Positions 52,382-61,377 of a DNA stretch of 64,000 nucleotides are shown here, piece by piece. Location: NCBI GenBank assembly GCA_963715755.1, contig OY970273.1, forward strand, positions 667,287-731,286. The letters are read 5' to 3'. Position 1 is the stretch's first letter. Each line of letters starts with the position of its first letter. The translations under genes were made by a program, and so were the position numbers. The DNA is from an uncultured Planctomycetaceae bacterium. Lineage in GTDB: Bacteria > Planctomycetota > Planctomycetia > Pirellulales > PALSA-1355. Below the pieces are notes generated by a model. That model saw nothing but the letters and a program-made list of their open reading frames with translations. It had not been told where the DNA came from and did not search any database.

Positions 52382-53812
52382 TCACTGTTGGCCAATTTCG
52401 TCCGCCAGGCTGCGCAGCATACGAATGCCGGAGTAAAAGAACCTCGCCTCGTCCCAAGTGCAGCGAAACGTCCCCATCTCGTGGGCAGCAACATTGCGAT
52501 AAGTCTTGTGCAATGACATTGCAACCCAAGCGAATCGCTTAATGCGAATATCAGTTGACTTCGTTTTTTCGTCTAAAATCTGCGTCAACTTGGGTCTTGG
52601 CCCTGTGAACTCGCGTGGCCACAATCCTCTCGCCAGTGCTTCAATTGAGTTCGCGAGCAGACCGACCACGTGCTCAGGGGCGAGTCCGCTTCCAGTCATG
52701 TCGTTGAAGGCGCGTTCAATAAAGGCGATTGCGCCAGAAATCTGCTCGGGCGGCGAGTCTTGCCGCAGTCGGTACATTCTGGGGACGGGCGACATCGCGT
52801 CCTCCGCGAGGGTTTCGACGTCGGCGGAGTGGTATCGGCCCAGGACCTCCCCGATCGTGAGCCAAAGTGCTTGATGTGCGGTGCGAATATCCTCGACAAC
52901 CTCAACCAGGTAAAAGGGTGCGAACGGATCAGCCTCGTCGGCTGGGATCGCGGCCTCGCAGCGTGATAATTCCCTTTCAAGGATGGCGCGTCCTTTTGGG
53001 CAGGCTCGGAGTGGCGCTGCCGCGAGGAGTTTGCCGATGCTTTTGCGATGCCGCCGGAAAAACTGGTAGCGGTCGATCCACTCGGGTTCAATGAATTGAT
53101 ATCGCCTGAGTTTGTCCGCGGGCCAGCTGGCATATTCGTCGCCCATCTTTTGGGCCCAGAGGTCGACAATATTCTCCGGGCGATAAAGGTCGTACTCTTC
53201 CTCGCCGACTTGGAGATGCACGTATATGCAGCCCTCATACCGACGGCAGTCGGCCAGCATGCCCCCAATGACTCTCCCCACATCGAAAAGCTTGGCGCAT
53301 TTGTTGTGCGACGCAAGGTGGGCAAGGCGTCGCTCTACCTCGCCGCAGTCGTCACCCGCCTTACCGCGGGAATCGATCCAGCGCTCCGGCGACGCCCATT
53401 TTTCAGCAAGCGTCGCATGGTCCGTTGGGTTTTTCGACTCCTCAGGGAGCGACTTCACGACCGAATGCCCGAGGTAGCTGACGATCTGGTCGACGAACGA
53501 CCGTCTCGACGTGTCCCACTTGCAAGCCAACACGCCGTCCTCGGTGTCCACATAGATAAGTCCAGGGCGGGACGCCGAGAAACCATAGGGCGCGCCGATG
53601 AATCGAGGCCATTCGATGTCGTCCGGCAGGTCGAGCGGGGCGTTGCCGACGGGTTTCGGACGAACCAGCTCCGGAACGAACGGCGCAAGTCGCGTTTCCA
53701 AAAAGTCCATGAACTCGGCAGGCCTGCGGTCGTGGTGATCGCGCAGGTACTCTTCGAGCGCGATCCCGAGCAGGAACGCCTCGGTCGGCGAGATCAAGAA
53801 CGCGTCATGCAT
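52382..53812 (-). CDS. Hypothetical 476-aa protein with C-terminal HEPN-like domain (R439-N-V-A-A-H444)
   Basis: ORF 52382..53812, in lower-G+C DNA. The C-terminal helical segment LHKTYRNVAAHEMGTFRCTWDEARFFYSGIRMLRSL fits the HEPN Rx4-6H (RNxxxH) motif in a DUF4145/Abi-like context. The N-terminal ~330 aa are not recognisable. Confidence 0.6.
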   Translation of the reverse strand: MHDAFLISPTEAFLLGIALEEYLRDHHDRRPAEFMDFLETRLAPFVPELVRPKPVGNAPLDLPDDIEWPRFIGAPYGFSASRPGLIYVDTEDGVLACKWDTSRRSFVDQIVSYLGHSVVKSLPEESKNPTDHATLAEKWASPERWIDSRGKAGDDCGEVERRLAHLASHNKCAKLFDVGRVIGGMLADCRRYEGCIYVHLQVGEEEYDLYRPENIVDLWAQKMGDEYASWPADKLRRYQFIEPEWIDRYQFFRRHRKSIGKLLAAAPLRACPKGRAILERELSRCEAAIPADEADPFAPFYLVEVVEDIRTAHQALWLTIGEVLGRYHSADVETLAEDAMSPVPRMYRLRQDSPPEQISGAIAFIERAFNDMTGSGLAPEHVVGLLANSIEALARGLWPREFTGPRPKLTQILDEKTKSTDIRIKRFAWVAMSLHKTYRNVAAHEMGTFRCTWDEARFFYSGIRMLRSLADEIGQQ

Positions 53813-53862
53813 CGGCGCGGCTTTTGTCCCGAAGAATAAAATGTGTCGTCTAGACCCCCGCC

Positions 53863-55680
53863 CTAGCGCAGCTCCACCCGGTACGGCAGCATCAGCGCCA
53901 CGGGGCGGCGGAAGATCTTGGCGATCGAGTCGACCTCGCGCGCGAGCGCACGCAGTTCGACGGGCAAGAGCTGCGCAGCGGCCACGCGCACTTCGGCGTC
54001 GGCCGAGGGCCCCTCGAACAGTTGCTCGAAGAAGCTCTTGGGCTTGGGCAGGATCTGCAGCTCGACCTTGTCGTCCGGGTTGAAGCCGGCCATGTGCTTG
54101 GCGTCGGCCAGGGCGTCGCTCAGCGTGCCCAGCTTGTCGGCCAGCCCGTTGGCCACCGCCATCCGGCCGGTGAACAGCCGGCCGCCGGCCAGTTGTTCGA
54201 GCTTGTCGAGCGGCATCTTGCGCCCTTCGGCGGCCTTCGAGGTGAATTGCTTGTAGACGTCGGTCATCATCCGCTTCCAGGCGGCCCGCTCCGAATCGGT
54301 GAACGGCTCCAGCGAGGAGAGCACCCCGCTGTTCTTGCCGCGGCTGATCGTTTGCGTGGTGACGCCGATCTTGTCGAACAGCCCCTTGAGCGCGATCTTG
54401 CCGCCGACCACGCCGATCGAGCCGGTGAGCGTGCCCGGCTCGGCGTAGATCTTGGCCGCGCCCATCGAAATGTAGTAGCCGCCGCTGGCCGCCACGTCGC
54501 CCATGCTGACGATGAACGGCTTCTTCGAGCGGGTGACCTCGCGCCAGATCAGGTCGCTGGCCAGGGCCGATCCGCCGGGGCTGTCGACCCGCAGCACGAT
54601 GGCTTTGACCTTGGCGTCTTTTTCGACTTCGCGCAGGGCCTTGACGATCGTGTCCGAGCCGACCGAGCTCTCGTCGCTGAAGGCGCTGCTGGCGCTTTCG
54701 CCGGTCATGATCGGGCCGACGGCATAAATCAGGGCGATCTTCGGGGCCTTGCTGGTCGCCGAGGCCGGCTCGACGCCCATCATCACTTCCAGCAGCTTCA
54801 TGAACCCGCCAAAGCCCGAGAAGTCGGTATCGACCTTCTTGCGGCCGTACTGGCGGTCGAACACGACTTCGTCGACCTTGAGTTGCTCCTTGATCCGGTC
54901 GGCGAGCTCGTCCTCGTAGCCGATGCGGTCGACCAGCCCGACGTCTTTGGCCTGCTGGGCGGTGAACAGCCCTTCGTCGATCAGCTCCTTGACCTTGGCC
55001 TTGTCGAGCTTGCGGTCGGCGGCGATGGTTTCCAGCATTTGCTGGTAGTAGTCGTCGATGACGGCCTCGAACTGCTTGCGGAATTCGGGGCTCATGTCCG
55101 TGCGGGTGAGCGGTTCGGAGGCTCCCTTGTAATCGCCGATCTGGATGAACTGGGCGTCCAACCCCAGCTTGTCGAGCAAGCCCTTGTAGAACATCACCTG
55201 GGCCTGCAGGCCGGTAATCAGCAACGAACCGCAGACCGGCATGACGATTTCGTCGCAGGCGCTGGCGATCAGATAGTCCTTGGTCTGAGCCTCGTCGACG
55301 TCGGCGTAAACCTTTTTGCCGGCGGCGCGCAGCCGGGCGATCGCCCCGCGCAGCTCGTCGACCTTGCCCAGCCCCATTTCCGGATTCCGCACCCGGAGAA
55401 CCACGCCGGCGATCTTGTCGTCCTTGGCGGCTTTGTCGAGCCGGGCAATCACCTCACGCATGTGGGGCTGCAGTTCGCCGAAAATGCCGGCCGGGCTCGG
55501 GCCCTCGGGATAGTCGCTCTTGATCGACACCACGGCCAGCGTGGCCTTCTGGGTCTTTTCGGCCTTCTCCGTGTCGGCGGCCTTTTCGGCGTCGGCCGGC
55601 TTGTCGGGCTCTTTCGCCCCGGCGGCAGTCAGACACAGGGCCAGCCAGAGGGCGGTCAGGCAGAAGGCAGATTTGCGCAT
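53863..55680 (-). CDS. sppA: Signal peptide peptidase SppA, 67K type (tandem S49 domains)
   Basis: ORF 53863..55905 with an ATG at 55680 (MRKSAFCLTALWLALC signal/anchor). It has the S49 serine context VDSPGGSALAS and two ClpP-like domains. Confidence 0.9.
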   Translation of the reverse strand: MRKSAFCLTALWLALCLTAAGAKEPDKPADAEKAADTEKAEKTQKATLAVVSIKSDYPEGPSPAGIFGELQPHMREVIARLDKAAKDDKIAGVVLRVRNPEMGLGKVDELRGAIARLRAAGKKVYADVDEAQTKDYLIASACDEIVMPVCGSLLITGLQAQVMFYKGLLDKLGLDAQFIQIGDYKGASEPLTRTDMSPEFRKQFEAVIDDYYQQMLETIAADRKLDKAKVKELIDEGLFTAQQAKDVGLVDRIGYEDELADRIKEQLKVDEVVFDRQYGRKKVDTDFSGFGGFMKLLEVMMGVEPASATSKAPKIALIYAVGPIMTGESASSAFSDESSVGSDTIVKALREVEKDAKVKAIVLRVDSPGGSALASDLIWREVTRSKKPFIVSMGDVAASGGYYISMGAAKIYAEPGTLTGSIGVVGGKIALKGLFDKIGVTTQTISRGKNSGVLSSLEPFTDSERAAWKRMMTDVYKQFTSKAAEGRKMPLDKLEQLAGGRLFTGRMAVANGLADKLGTLSDALADAKHMAGFNPDDKVELQILPKPKSFFEQLFEGPSADAEVRVAAAQLLPVELRALAREVDSIAKIFRRPVALMLPYRVELR

Positions 55681-56016
55681 GGGATTCCCCGAGGGATGGA
55701 TTGCAGGAGTGAAAGGGAGCTTGGGACGTGCGGCGCCGCTAGACTCGCCGCCCCCTGTGCATCTTATTGTCGGTGCGGGTGTCGAGGCGTCAAGCAAGTC
55801 GGCCCTTGGAACGAGAACGGGCCCAACGTGCTGCAATCCAGTTTGCTCCGAAAGCCGGCGGCAAAACCCGCCGCCGCGGGGAAACCAATCCGGTGTCGCG
55901 TGCATCCAACCGGCCGCGGCCCTGCCCTGGTTCGGCTTCCGCTTCCGGCCGATCGTGCCGCCTGCGCCCTGCGCAAGGCCGCCGAGCCGGTGCTAGCGAC
56001 ACCCCCCAAGGCTTTG

Positions 56017-56044
56017 GGTGTACAAATGCTCTTGATTCTGTACA
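56017..56044. promoter_or_regulatory. Perfect inverted repeat GTGTACA-N14-TGTACAC overlapping a TTGATT-N16-TATATT promoter; candidate LexA operator
   Basis: Read directly. It lies about 85 nt upstream of the lexA ATG. The candidate -35 is at 56031-56036 and the -10 at 56053-56058. Confidence 0.4.
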
Positions 56045-56129
56045 CCCGTATATTATATTGAAACCGCTGAGGCACGCGGCCGAAGCCTATTGGAAGGCCG
56101 CCCACCACTTCATCGGGGGATCCGAGCGT

Positions 56130-56732
56130 ATGTCCATCATGGACCAACTGACCGAGCGTCAACGAGAAATTTACGAGTTTCTCCGCGACAAGATCCGCAA
56201 TCGCGGTTACGGCCCGACCGTGCGCGAGATTGGCGATCAATTCCACATCAGCTCCCCCAACGGTGTGATGTGTCATCTGAAGGCCCTGGAGAAAAAAGGG
56301 CTGATCAGCCGCGAGCCGAACATGTCGCGGGCAATTCAGCTGGCGGCCGAGCCGATCGAAGAGCGCGGACTGCCCCTGGCCGGGCGGATCGCCGCCGGCG
56401 TGCTGCACGAAGCGATCGAGCAGGACGAGCGGATCGACTTTGGCGCCCTGTTCGAGCAGAAGAACCAGTTCGTGCTCAAGGTGAGCGGCGAATCGATGAT
56501 CGAAGACCAGATCGCCGACGGCGATTACGTGGTCGTCCGCAAGCAGCGCACGGCCCGCGACGGGCAAATCGTGGTCGCCCTGACCGACGAGGGGGAAGCC
56601 ACGCTGAAGCGGTTCTATCTGGAAAAGAACCGCATCCGGCTCGAGCCGGCCAATTCCAGCATGAAGCCCATCTACGTCAAGAATGCCAAGATCCTGGGCA
56701 TCGTGGTCGGCGTGGTCCGCCAGGTGGAATAG
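56130..56732 (+). CDS. lexA: LexA repressor
   Basis: C-terminal 200 aa of ORF 55767..56732 with an ATG at 56130. It has a winged HTH (GYGPTVREIGDQFHISSPNGVMCHLKALEKKGLI), the A-G cleavage site (RIAAGVL), the catalytic Ser (VSGESM) and the catalytic Lys (TLKRF). Confidence 0.93.
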   Translation: MSIMDQLTERQREIYEFLRDKIRNRGYGPTVREIGDQFHISSPNGVMCHLKALEKKGLISREPNMSRAIQLAAEPIEERGLPLAGRIAAGVLHEAIEQDERIDFGALFEQKNQFVLKVSGESMIEDQIADGDYVVVRKQRTARDGQIVVALTDEGEATLKRFYLEKNRIRLEPANSSMKPIYVKNAKILGIVVGVVRQVE

Positions 56733-56824
56733 CGCCGCAGACGAGTGGCGCCGCCGTCAAACGGCGCTGCGGAACGATCCGGCCGCATTATCGCCGCTGC
56801 AGCGAACTCGCGCGAGCGCAAAGG

Positions 56825-57373
56825 CTAATCGAATCGCAAGCGGCTGGCGGCTCGGATCAACAGCCGAGCCGCGCGAACGGCGACCGGCTGCTTGATCAGC
56901 CAGACGGCCGACCACAGCACGGCCTCGGCCATGCAGAGCGTCAGCGGCAGGCCGAACCCCGCGACGACCAGCCAAACCGCGCCCACGACGGCGAACAGCG
57001 CGATCTGGTCCTCCGGGTTCGCGATTGCGGCTGGGGGCAGGTGCGTGGCGGTCCAGCGAATCGCGCCCAGCAGCAGCGCGCCTTCGGCCATCAAGAAAAA
57101 CAGCGAGCCGATCTGGAACTGGCCGAGGCGGCTGTCCGCCCAACGCGCCCACAGCGCAAGCCAGGCGAGCCCAATGGCCGCCGACAGGGCGACTCCGCCC
57201 AGCAGCATCGGGTAGACGATCAGAAAGTTCGCCCGGGTCGCCAGCGACAAAAACGCCGCCACCAGGGCGAAATAGGCCAGGCCCACGAGCAGCCGCGCCA
57301 GCAGGAAAGTCCGGCGTTTGAAAACGGCTCGGTCCATGCCGGCCAGAATAGCCGTGGCCGATGGCGGCGGCAA
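56825..57373 (-). CDS. Hypothetical multi-pass membrane protein
   Basis: ORF 56825..57373 with about 5 hydrophobic helices. No family recognised; the start is uncertain. Confidence 0.5.
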   Translation of the reverse strand: MPPPSATAILAGMDRAVFKRRTFLLARLLVGLAYFALVAAFLSLATRANFLIVYPMLLGGVALSAAIGLAWLALWARWADSRLGQFQIGSLFFLMAEGALLLGAIRWTATHLPPAAIANPEDQIALFAVVGAVWLVVAGFGLPLTLCMAEAVLWSAVWLIKQPVAVRAARLLIRAASRLRFD

Positions 57374-57455
57374 CGCGGACGCGCTCGGCTCTTTTTGATC
57401 CGATCAGCGGTCATCCCGCAATAAGCTTTGGCCGGCTCCCAGTTCTCTCCTACTC

Positions 57456-57498
57456 TGCCTTCTGCCTTCATCCTTCTGCCCTTATCCTTCTGCCTTTT
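57456..57498. repeat. Family A dispersed repeat, copy 3 (CTGCCTTCTGCCTTCATCCTTCTGCCCTTATCCTTCTGCC)
   Basis: Read directly, in the intergenic gap before the response-regulator stop. Confidence 0.7.
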
Positions 57499-57501
57499 CC
57501 C

Positions 57502-58848
57502 TCACGCCGATTTATCCAGCGAGTTCGACTGGTTCAGCTTGTTGTAGAGCGTTTTGAGGCTGATGCCGAGCTCTTCGGCCGCCTGGGGCTTGTTGCCGCC
57601 GACGCGCTCCAGAGTCTGATAAATGGCCTGCATTTCCAGTTCGCGGAGCGTGATCGGGCCGGTCGTCTTGAGCGTGGGGCCCTTGATCGCCGGCCGCTCG
57701 AAGCGGCTGGGCAGGTGTTCCAGCGCGATGGGACCCGACTCGCACAGGATCGTGGCGTGTTCGATCACGTTGGCCAGTTCGCGCACGTTGCCGGGCCAGG
57801 GGTGGCGTGCCAGGGCCTCCAGCACCGCCGGGGCAAAGGCTTGCTCGGCCGCGACCGACTTGCCGCGAAACCGCTCCAGCAGGTGGGCGGCCAATTCGGG
57901 AATGTCCTCTTTCCGCTCGCGCAGCGGGGGCAGGTGCACCTCGAACGTGTTGATGCGGAACATCAGGTCTTCGCGAAAATCCCCTTCTTCGACCATCGAT
58001 TGCAGGTTGCGGTGCGTGGCGCAGATCACCCGCACGTCGACGATGAACGATTCGTTCTCGCCCACGCGGCGGATCTCGCCACTTTCCAGAAACCGTAGCA
58101 GCTTGGCCTGCATGGGCTTGGGCAGCTCGCCGATTTCGTCCAGAAACAGGGTGCCGCCGTTGGCCACTTCGAACAGGCCCACGCGGTGCTCGTCGGCCCC
58201 GGTGAAGCTGCCTTTGCGATGTCCGAACAGTTCGCTCTCGATCAGGCTCTCGGGCAGCGCGCCGCAATTGATCGCCACGAAGGGCATCTCGTGCCGCAGG
58301 CTCTGGTCGTGGATCGCCCGGGCGACCAGCTCCTTGCCGGAGCCGGTTTCGCCGAGGATCAAGGCGGTGGAATTGGTCGGCGCGACCTTGGCGATCAGCC
58401 GGGCCACGCGCTGCATGGCCGGGCTGTGGCCGATCAGGCGCGACTTGCCCTCGATCCGTTCGAGCTGATGCTTGACGGCCAGATACTTGTTCGTCAGCTC
58501 GCGCTTGGCCGCCACGCGCTTGAGCAGCGCCTGCAGGTCGACCAGCTTGCAGGGTTTGGTCAGATAGTCGAACGCGCCGTGCCGCAGCGCGGCCACGGCC
58601 GTCTCGATCGACGACTTGCCCGTGAGCACCACGGCCTCGGTTTGCGGCGACAGCTCTTTGGCCCGGGCGATGACCTCGATGCCCGACAGGCCGGGCATGT
58701 CCAGGTCGACCAGGATGCAGTCGTAGCTGTTGCGGGCGAGCGCGGCGGCGGCGGTGGTGCCGTCGGGGCAGACGGTCACTTCATGCCCCATCCGCGGCAG
58801 CTCCAGGCTCATCAGCTCTTGGAGCGACTTTTCGTCGTCGGCGAACAA
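57502..58848 (-). CDS. Sigma-54-dependent response regulator (NtrC family)
   Basis: ORF 57502..58848 (TTG start; a CTG at 58857 would give MKLLFADDE). It has a receiver domain (DLDMPG), an AAA+ domain (GETGSGKE, GSFTGA sigma54-contact variant) and a C-terminal Fis-type HTH. Confidence 0.9.
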   Translation of the reverse strand: MFADDEKSLQELMSLELPRMGHEVTVCPDGTTAAAALARNSYDCILVDLDMPGLSGIEVIARAKELSPQTEAVVLTGKSSIETAVAALRHGAFDYLTKPCKLVDLQALLKRVAAKRELTNKYLAVKHQLERIEGKSRLIGHSPAMQRVARLIAKVAPTNSTALILGETGSGKELVARAIHDQSLRHEMPFVAINCGALPESLIESELFGHRKGSFTGADEHRVGLFEVANGGTLFLDEIGELPKPMQAKLLRFLESGEIRRVGENESFIVDVRVICATHRNLQSMVEEGDFREDLMFRINTFEVHLPPLRERKEDIPELAAHLLERFRGKSVAAEQAFAPAVLEALARHPWPGNVRELANVIEHATILCESGPIALEHLPSRFERPAIKGPTLKTTGPITLRELEMQAIYQTLERVGGNKPQAAEELGISLKTLYNKLNQSNSLDKSA

Positions 58849-58861
58849 CAGTTTCAGGCGG

Positions 58862-60463
58862 TCATGCGGCTTGGTAGCGATGGGCGTGCTCCTTATGCTT
58901 TTCGGCCAGCGGCAGCGTGACGCGGAACTCGGAGCCCTGATCGGGCCCGTCGCTGTGCACGTCGATCCGGCCGTCGTGGTCGGCGATGATGCGGTAGGTG
59001 ATCGAAAGTCCCAGGCCGATGCCCTGCCCGGTGCGCCGGCGGGTGAAGAACGGCTCGAACAGGTGTTCGCGGACCTCGTCGGTCATGCCGCAGCCGTTGT
59101 CGCGAAACACCATTTCGGCGCTCGGGCCCGAGCGCTGCACGTGCACCTGCACGCTGCCGCCGGGGGACAGGCTGTCGAGCGCGTTGGTCAGCAGGTTCAG
59201 GACCACCTGCTTGATTTCCTGTGGATTGACTGCCGCCAGCACCGGCCCGCCGGGGGCAAACTCGATCTGCTTGTCGTGATAACGGTCCAGATGCGCGACC
59301 ATGGCGATCACGCCCTGGACCAGCTCGCTCAGATCGGTGCTCTGGCGCTTCACGTCGCCCATGCGGGAAAAATCCAGCAACCGCTCGGTGATCCCTTTGC
59401 AGCGAAAGGCCTCGTCCTGGATCATGCTCAGGTACGTGCGGACCACCTGCTGCTGCTCGGCGGCCTCGGGCACGTGCGCGAGCAGCTCCTGGATCCGGCC
59501 TTCCAGCGACTCGGCGCACATGGCGATCGACGCCAGCGGATTGTTGATCTCGTGGGCCACGCCGGCCGCCAGGAAACCGACGCTGGCCAGCTGCTCGCTG
59601 CGCACGACTTGCTTGGTGCGCTGCTGGACCTGGCGGTCCAGGTCGTCGCGAATCGCCTGGAACCGGGCCGTCATGTCGTTCAGCGCGTCGGCCAGTTCCG
59701 ACATTTCGTCGTGCGTCGGCAGCCGGATGCGATAGTTGAATTCGCCCGCCGCCACGCGCCGCGAGCCCTCGACCAGCGTGCGCAGCGGCTGGAACACCCA
59801 GGTGTAGAACAGCCGAATGAAGACGGCGAACAGGATCAAGCCGCTGATCGAAGTGACCCAGGTCAGGGTGATCCAGGCCCGATAGCGGGAGCGCACCTGG
59901 TCGATCAGCCCGCGGATGGCCTGATACAAGTGGCTGGGCAGCTCGGCGGCCAGCCGCTGCAGCACTTCGAGCTGTTCGTCGATGGTCTCGACCTTGCGCT
60001 CGTCGTCGAGCCATTCCAGGTTGCGGGTCAGAGCCACGACGTGGGCCAGCACGGCATCGATCTTGTGGGCGGTCTGCCATTCCAGGTGACTGTCGCCGAT
60101 CGTCGGATCGCCCTGATCGTTGCCGCTCAGTTCGTGCTCGTAGTCGGCCATTGTCTTCTGGACGTCTTCCAGCTCGACGTCGAACTGCCGGGCGGTCACC
60201 AGCTTGTCGAGCGTGGCCGGGCCGTCCTCGGCCACTTCGTAGGCGCCGCGAACTTCGCGCAGCGTGATCCGCAGCGCCCCGACCTGCTGGCTGAGCGTGG
60301 CGGCCAGGGGCAGTTCGGCCGCGCGGCCGCTGAGGCTGCGGACCAGATTGCGATAGGCGTAGACGCCGTGGAATCCGCTCCAGCCGAGCGTGCCGACGGT
60401 CACCAGCAGCAAGCTGATGCCGACGAGCAGCTTATTGCGGATGGGCCAGCGGATCAGTTGCAC
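58862..60463 (-). CDS. Sensor histidine kinase (2 TM, HAMP, HisKA, HATPase)
   Basis: ORF 58862..60712. The GTG at 60463 is preceded by GGGAGG. It has a HAMP domain (VFQPLRTLVEGSRRVAAGEF), the H-box AHEINNPL, and N/G boxes (DNGCGM, GIGLGLSI). Confidence 0.85.
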   Translation of the reverse strand: MQLIRWPIRNKLLVGISLLLVTVGTLGWSGFHGVYAYRNLVRSLSGRAAELPLAATLSQQVGALRITLREVRGAYEVAEDGPATLDKLVTARQFDVELEDVQKTMADYEHELSGNDQGDPTIGDSHLEWQTAHKIDAVLAHVVALTRNLEWLDDERKVETIDEQLEVLQRLAAELPSHLYQAIRGLIDQVRSRYRAWITLTWVTSISGLILFAVFIRLFYTWVFQPLRTLVEGSRRVAAGEFNYRIRLPTHDEMSELADALNDMTARFQAIRDDLDRQVQQRTKQVVRSEQLASVGFLAAGVAHEINNPLASIAMCAESLEGRIQELLAHVPEAAEQQQVVRTYLSMIQDEAFRCKGITERLLDFSRMGDVKRQSTDLSELVQGVIAMVAHLDRYHDKQIEFAPGGPVLAAVNPQEIKQVVLNLLTNALDSLSPGGSVQVHVQRSGPSAEMVFRDNGCGMTDEVREHLFEPFFTRRRTGQGIGLGLSITYRIIADHDGRIDVHSDGPDQGSEFRVTLPLAEKHKEHAHRYQAA

Positions 60464-60719
60464 GGGCGACCTCCCTGTCGCAGAGCGTTTGATTCGTTCC
60501 CGGAGCCCGAGTTTTCCACCGCCGCCGCGGCGATGCCGCCGCGCTGCGCAGCCTGACGGGCCTGGCGCGGGGTGTCCTGGCGCTAGGTGGCCAGGCGGTG
60601 CTGGCGTGGTTTGGGGATTCCGGGCCGCGGAGTGTAGCAGGACCGGCCGGAGCGCGGAAGGCAGACCCTTGGGGGGCGGGCGGCCTGCTTGCGGGGGCGG
60701 ATTATCGGGCACGTTCCGG

Positions 60720-60748
60720 TTGAGTCGACCGGCCGGGGTCGCTAGAAT
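60720..60748 (+). promoter_or_regulatory. Sigma-70-like promoter (TTGAGT-N17-TAGAAT) for tRNA-Pro
   Basis: Read directly. The -10 ends 16 nt before the tRNA 5' end. Confidence 0.5.
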
Positions 60749-60764
60749 GCGGAACTTGCCACAT

Positions 60765-60839
60765 CGGGGCGTAGCTCAGCCTGGCTAGAGCGCTGCGTTC
60801 GGGACGCAGAGGTCGCATGTTCAAATCATGTCGCCCCGA
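60765..60839 (+). tRNA. tRNA-Pro (anticodon CGG)
   Basis: Manual fold: acceptor CGGGGCG/CGCCCCG, D arm GCTC/GAGC, anticodon stem-loop CTGCG-TTCGGGA-CGCAG, T arm GCATG-TTCAAAT-CATGT. 75 nt; CCA is not encoded. Confidence 0.93.
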
Positions 60840-61377
60840 CTGATCTTAAAGTCAAATCCCGTCATTGGTTGCGAAGGCGACTGGCGACAGGATTTTGAGC
60901 TTCTACGGCGTGTTCGTGCGTTTTTTCGTCCGCGTGTCTTCGGCGTCAAACCGGATACCGAGAAATTCTCGGGAGACACTGCATTTGCAGTACTACCACG
61001 ACAAGTGCGGCAGCAAGTCCAAATTGGCTGCTTCAAGCTTTGGCGCCAACCATCGTCTCGTCGATCACATACGATCGACCCGCGTTTCCCACTAGTGTCG
61101 TGCCGCGCATTGGCCAAACAGCGGTTCGGGGCGTCGATCGATGCCTGCGGGTTTCCCGCCCGCTAGTCAGCGGCAAACGCGAGATGTAGTCGCGAAACGT
61201 TTTCGTCCACATCGTCAGCGCCAGAAGACTGCGCCGGCGCATTTCATATTGCTTTTTTCTGCGGCGGTCCAGAAAGCGACGACTGACAACGCAATCGGCA
61301 ACTCGGCGCACAGCATCATCATTTGGTCATGGCCTACTACTGCGTCCATTCACTTACGCTAATTAGGTTTCTTAACA

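Noticed and set aside
60842-61377. A search for an integrase or recombinase next to tRNA-Pro, using ORFs 60821..61117(-), 61033..61311(-) and 60828..61166(+).
   Set aside because: I translated all minus-strand frames. I found no tyrosine-recombinase boxes (R..HxxR..Y), no DDE motif and no serine-recombinase motif. The space, under 540 nt, is too small for an integrase. At most it is an unrecognisable remnant.
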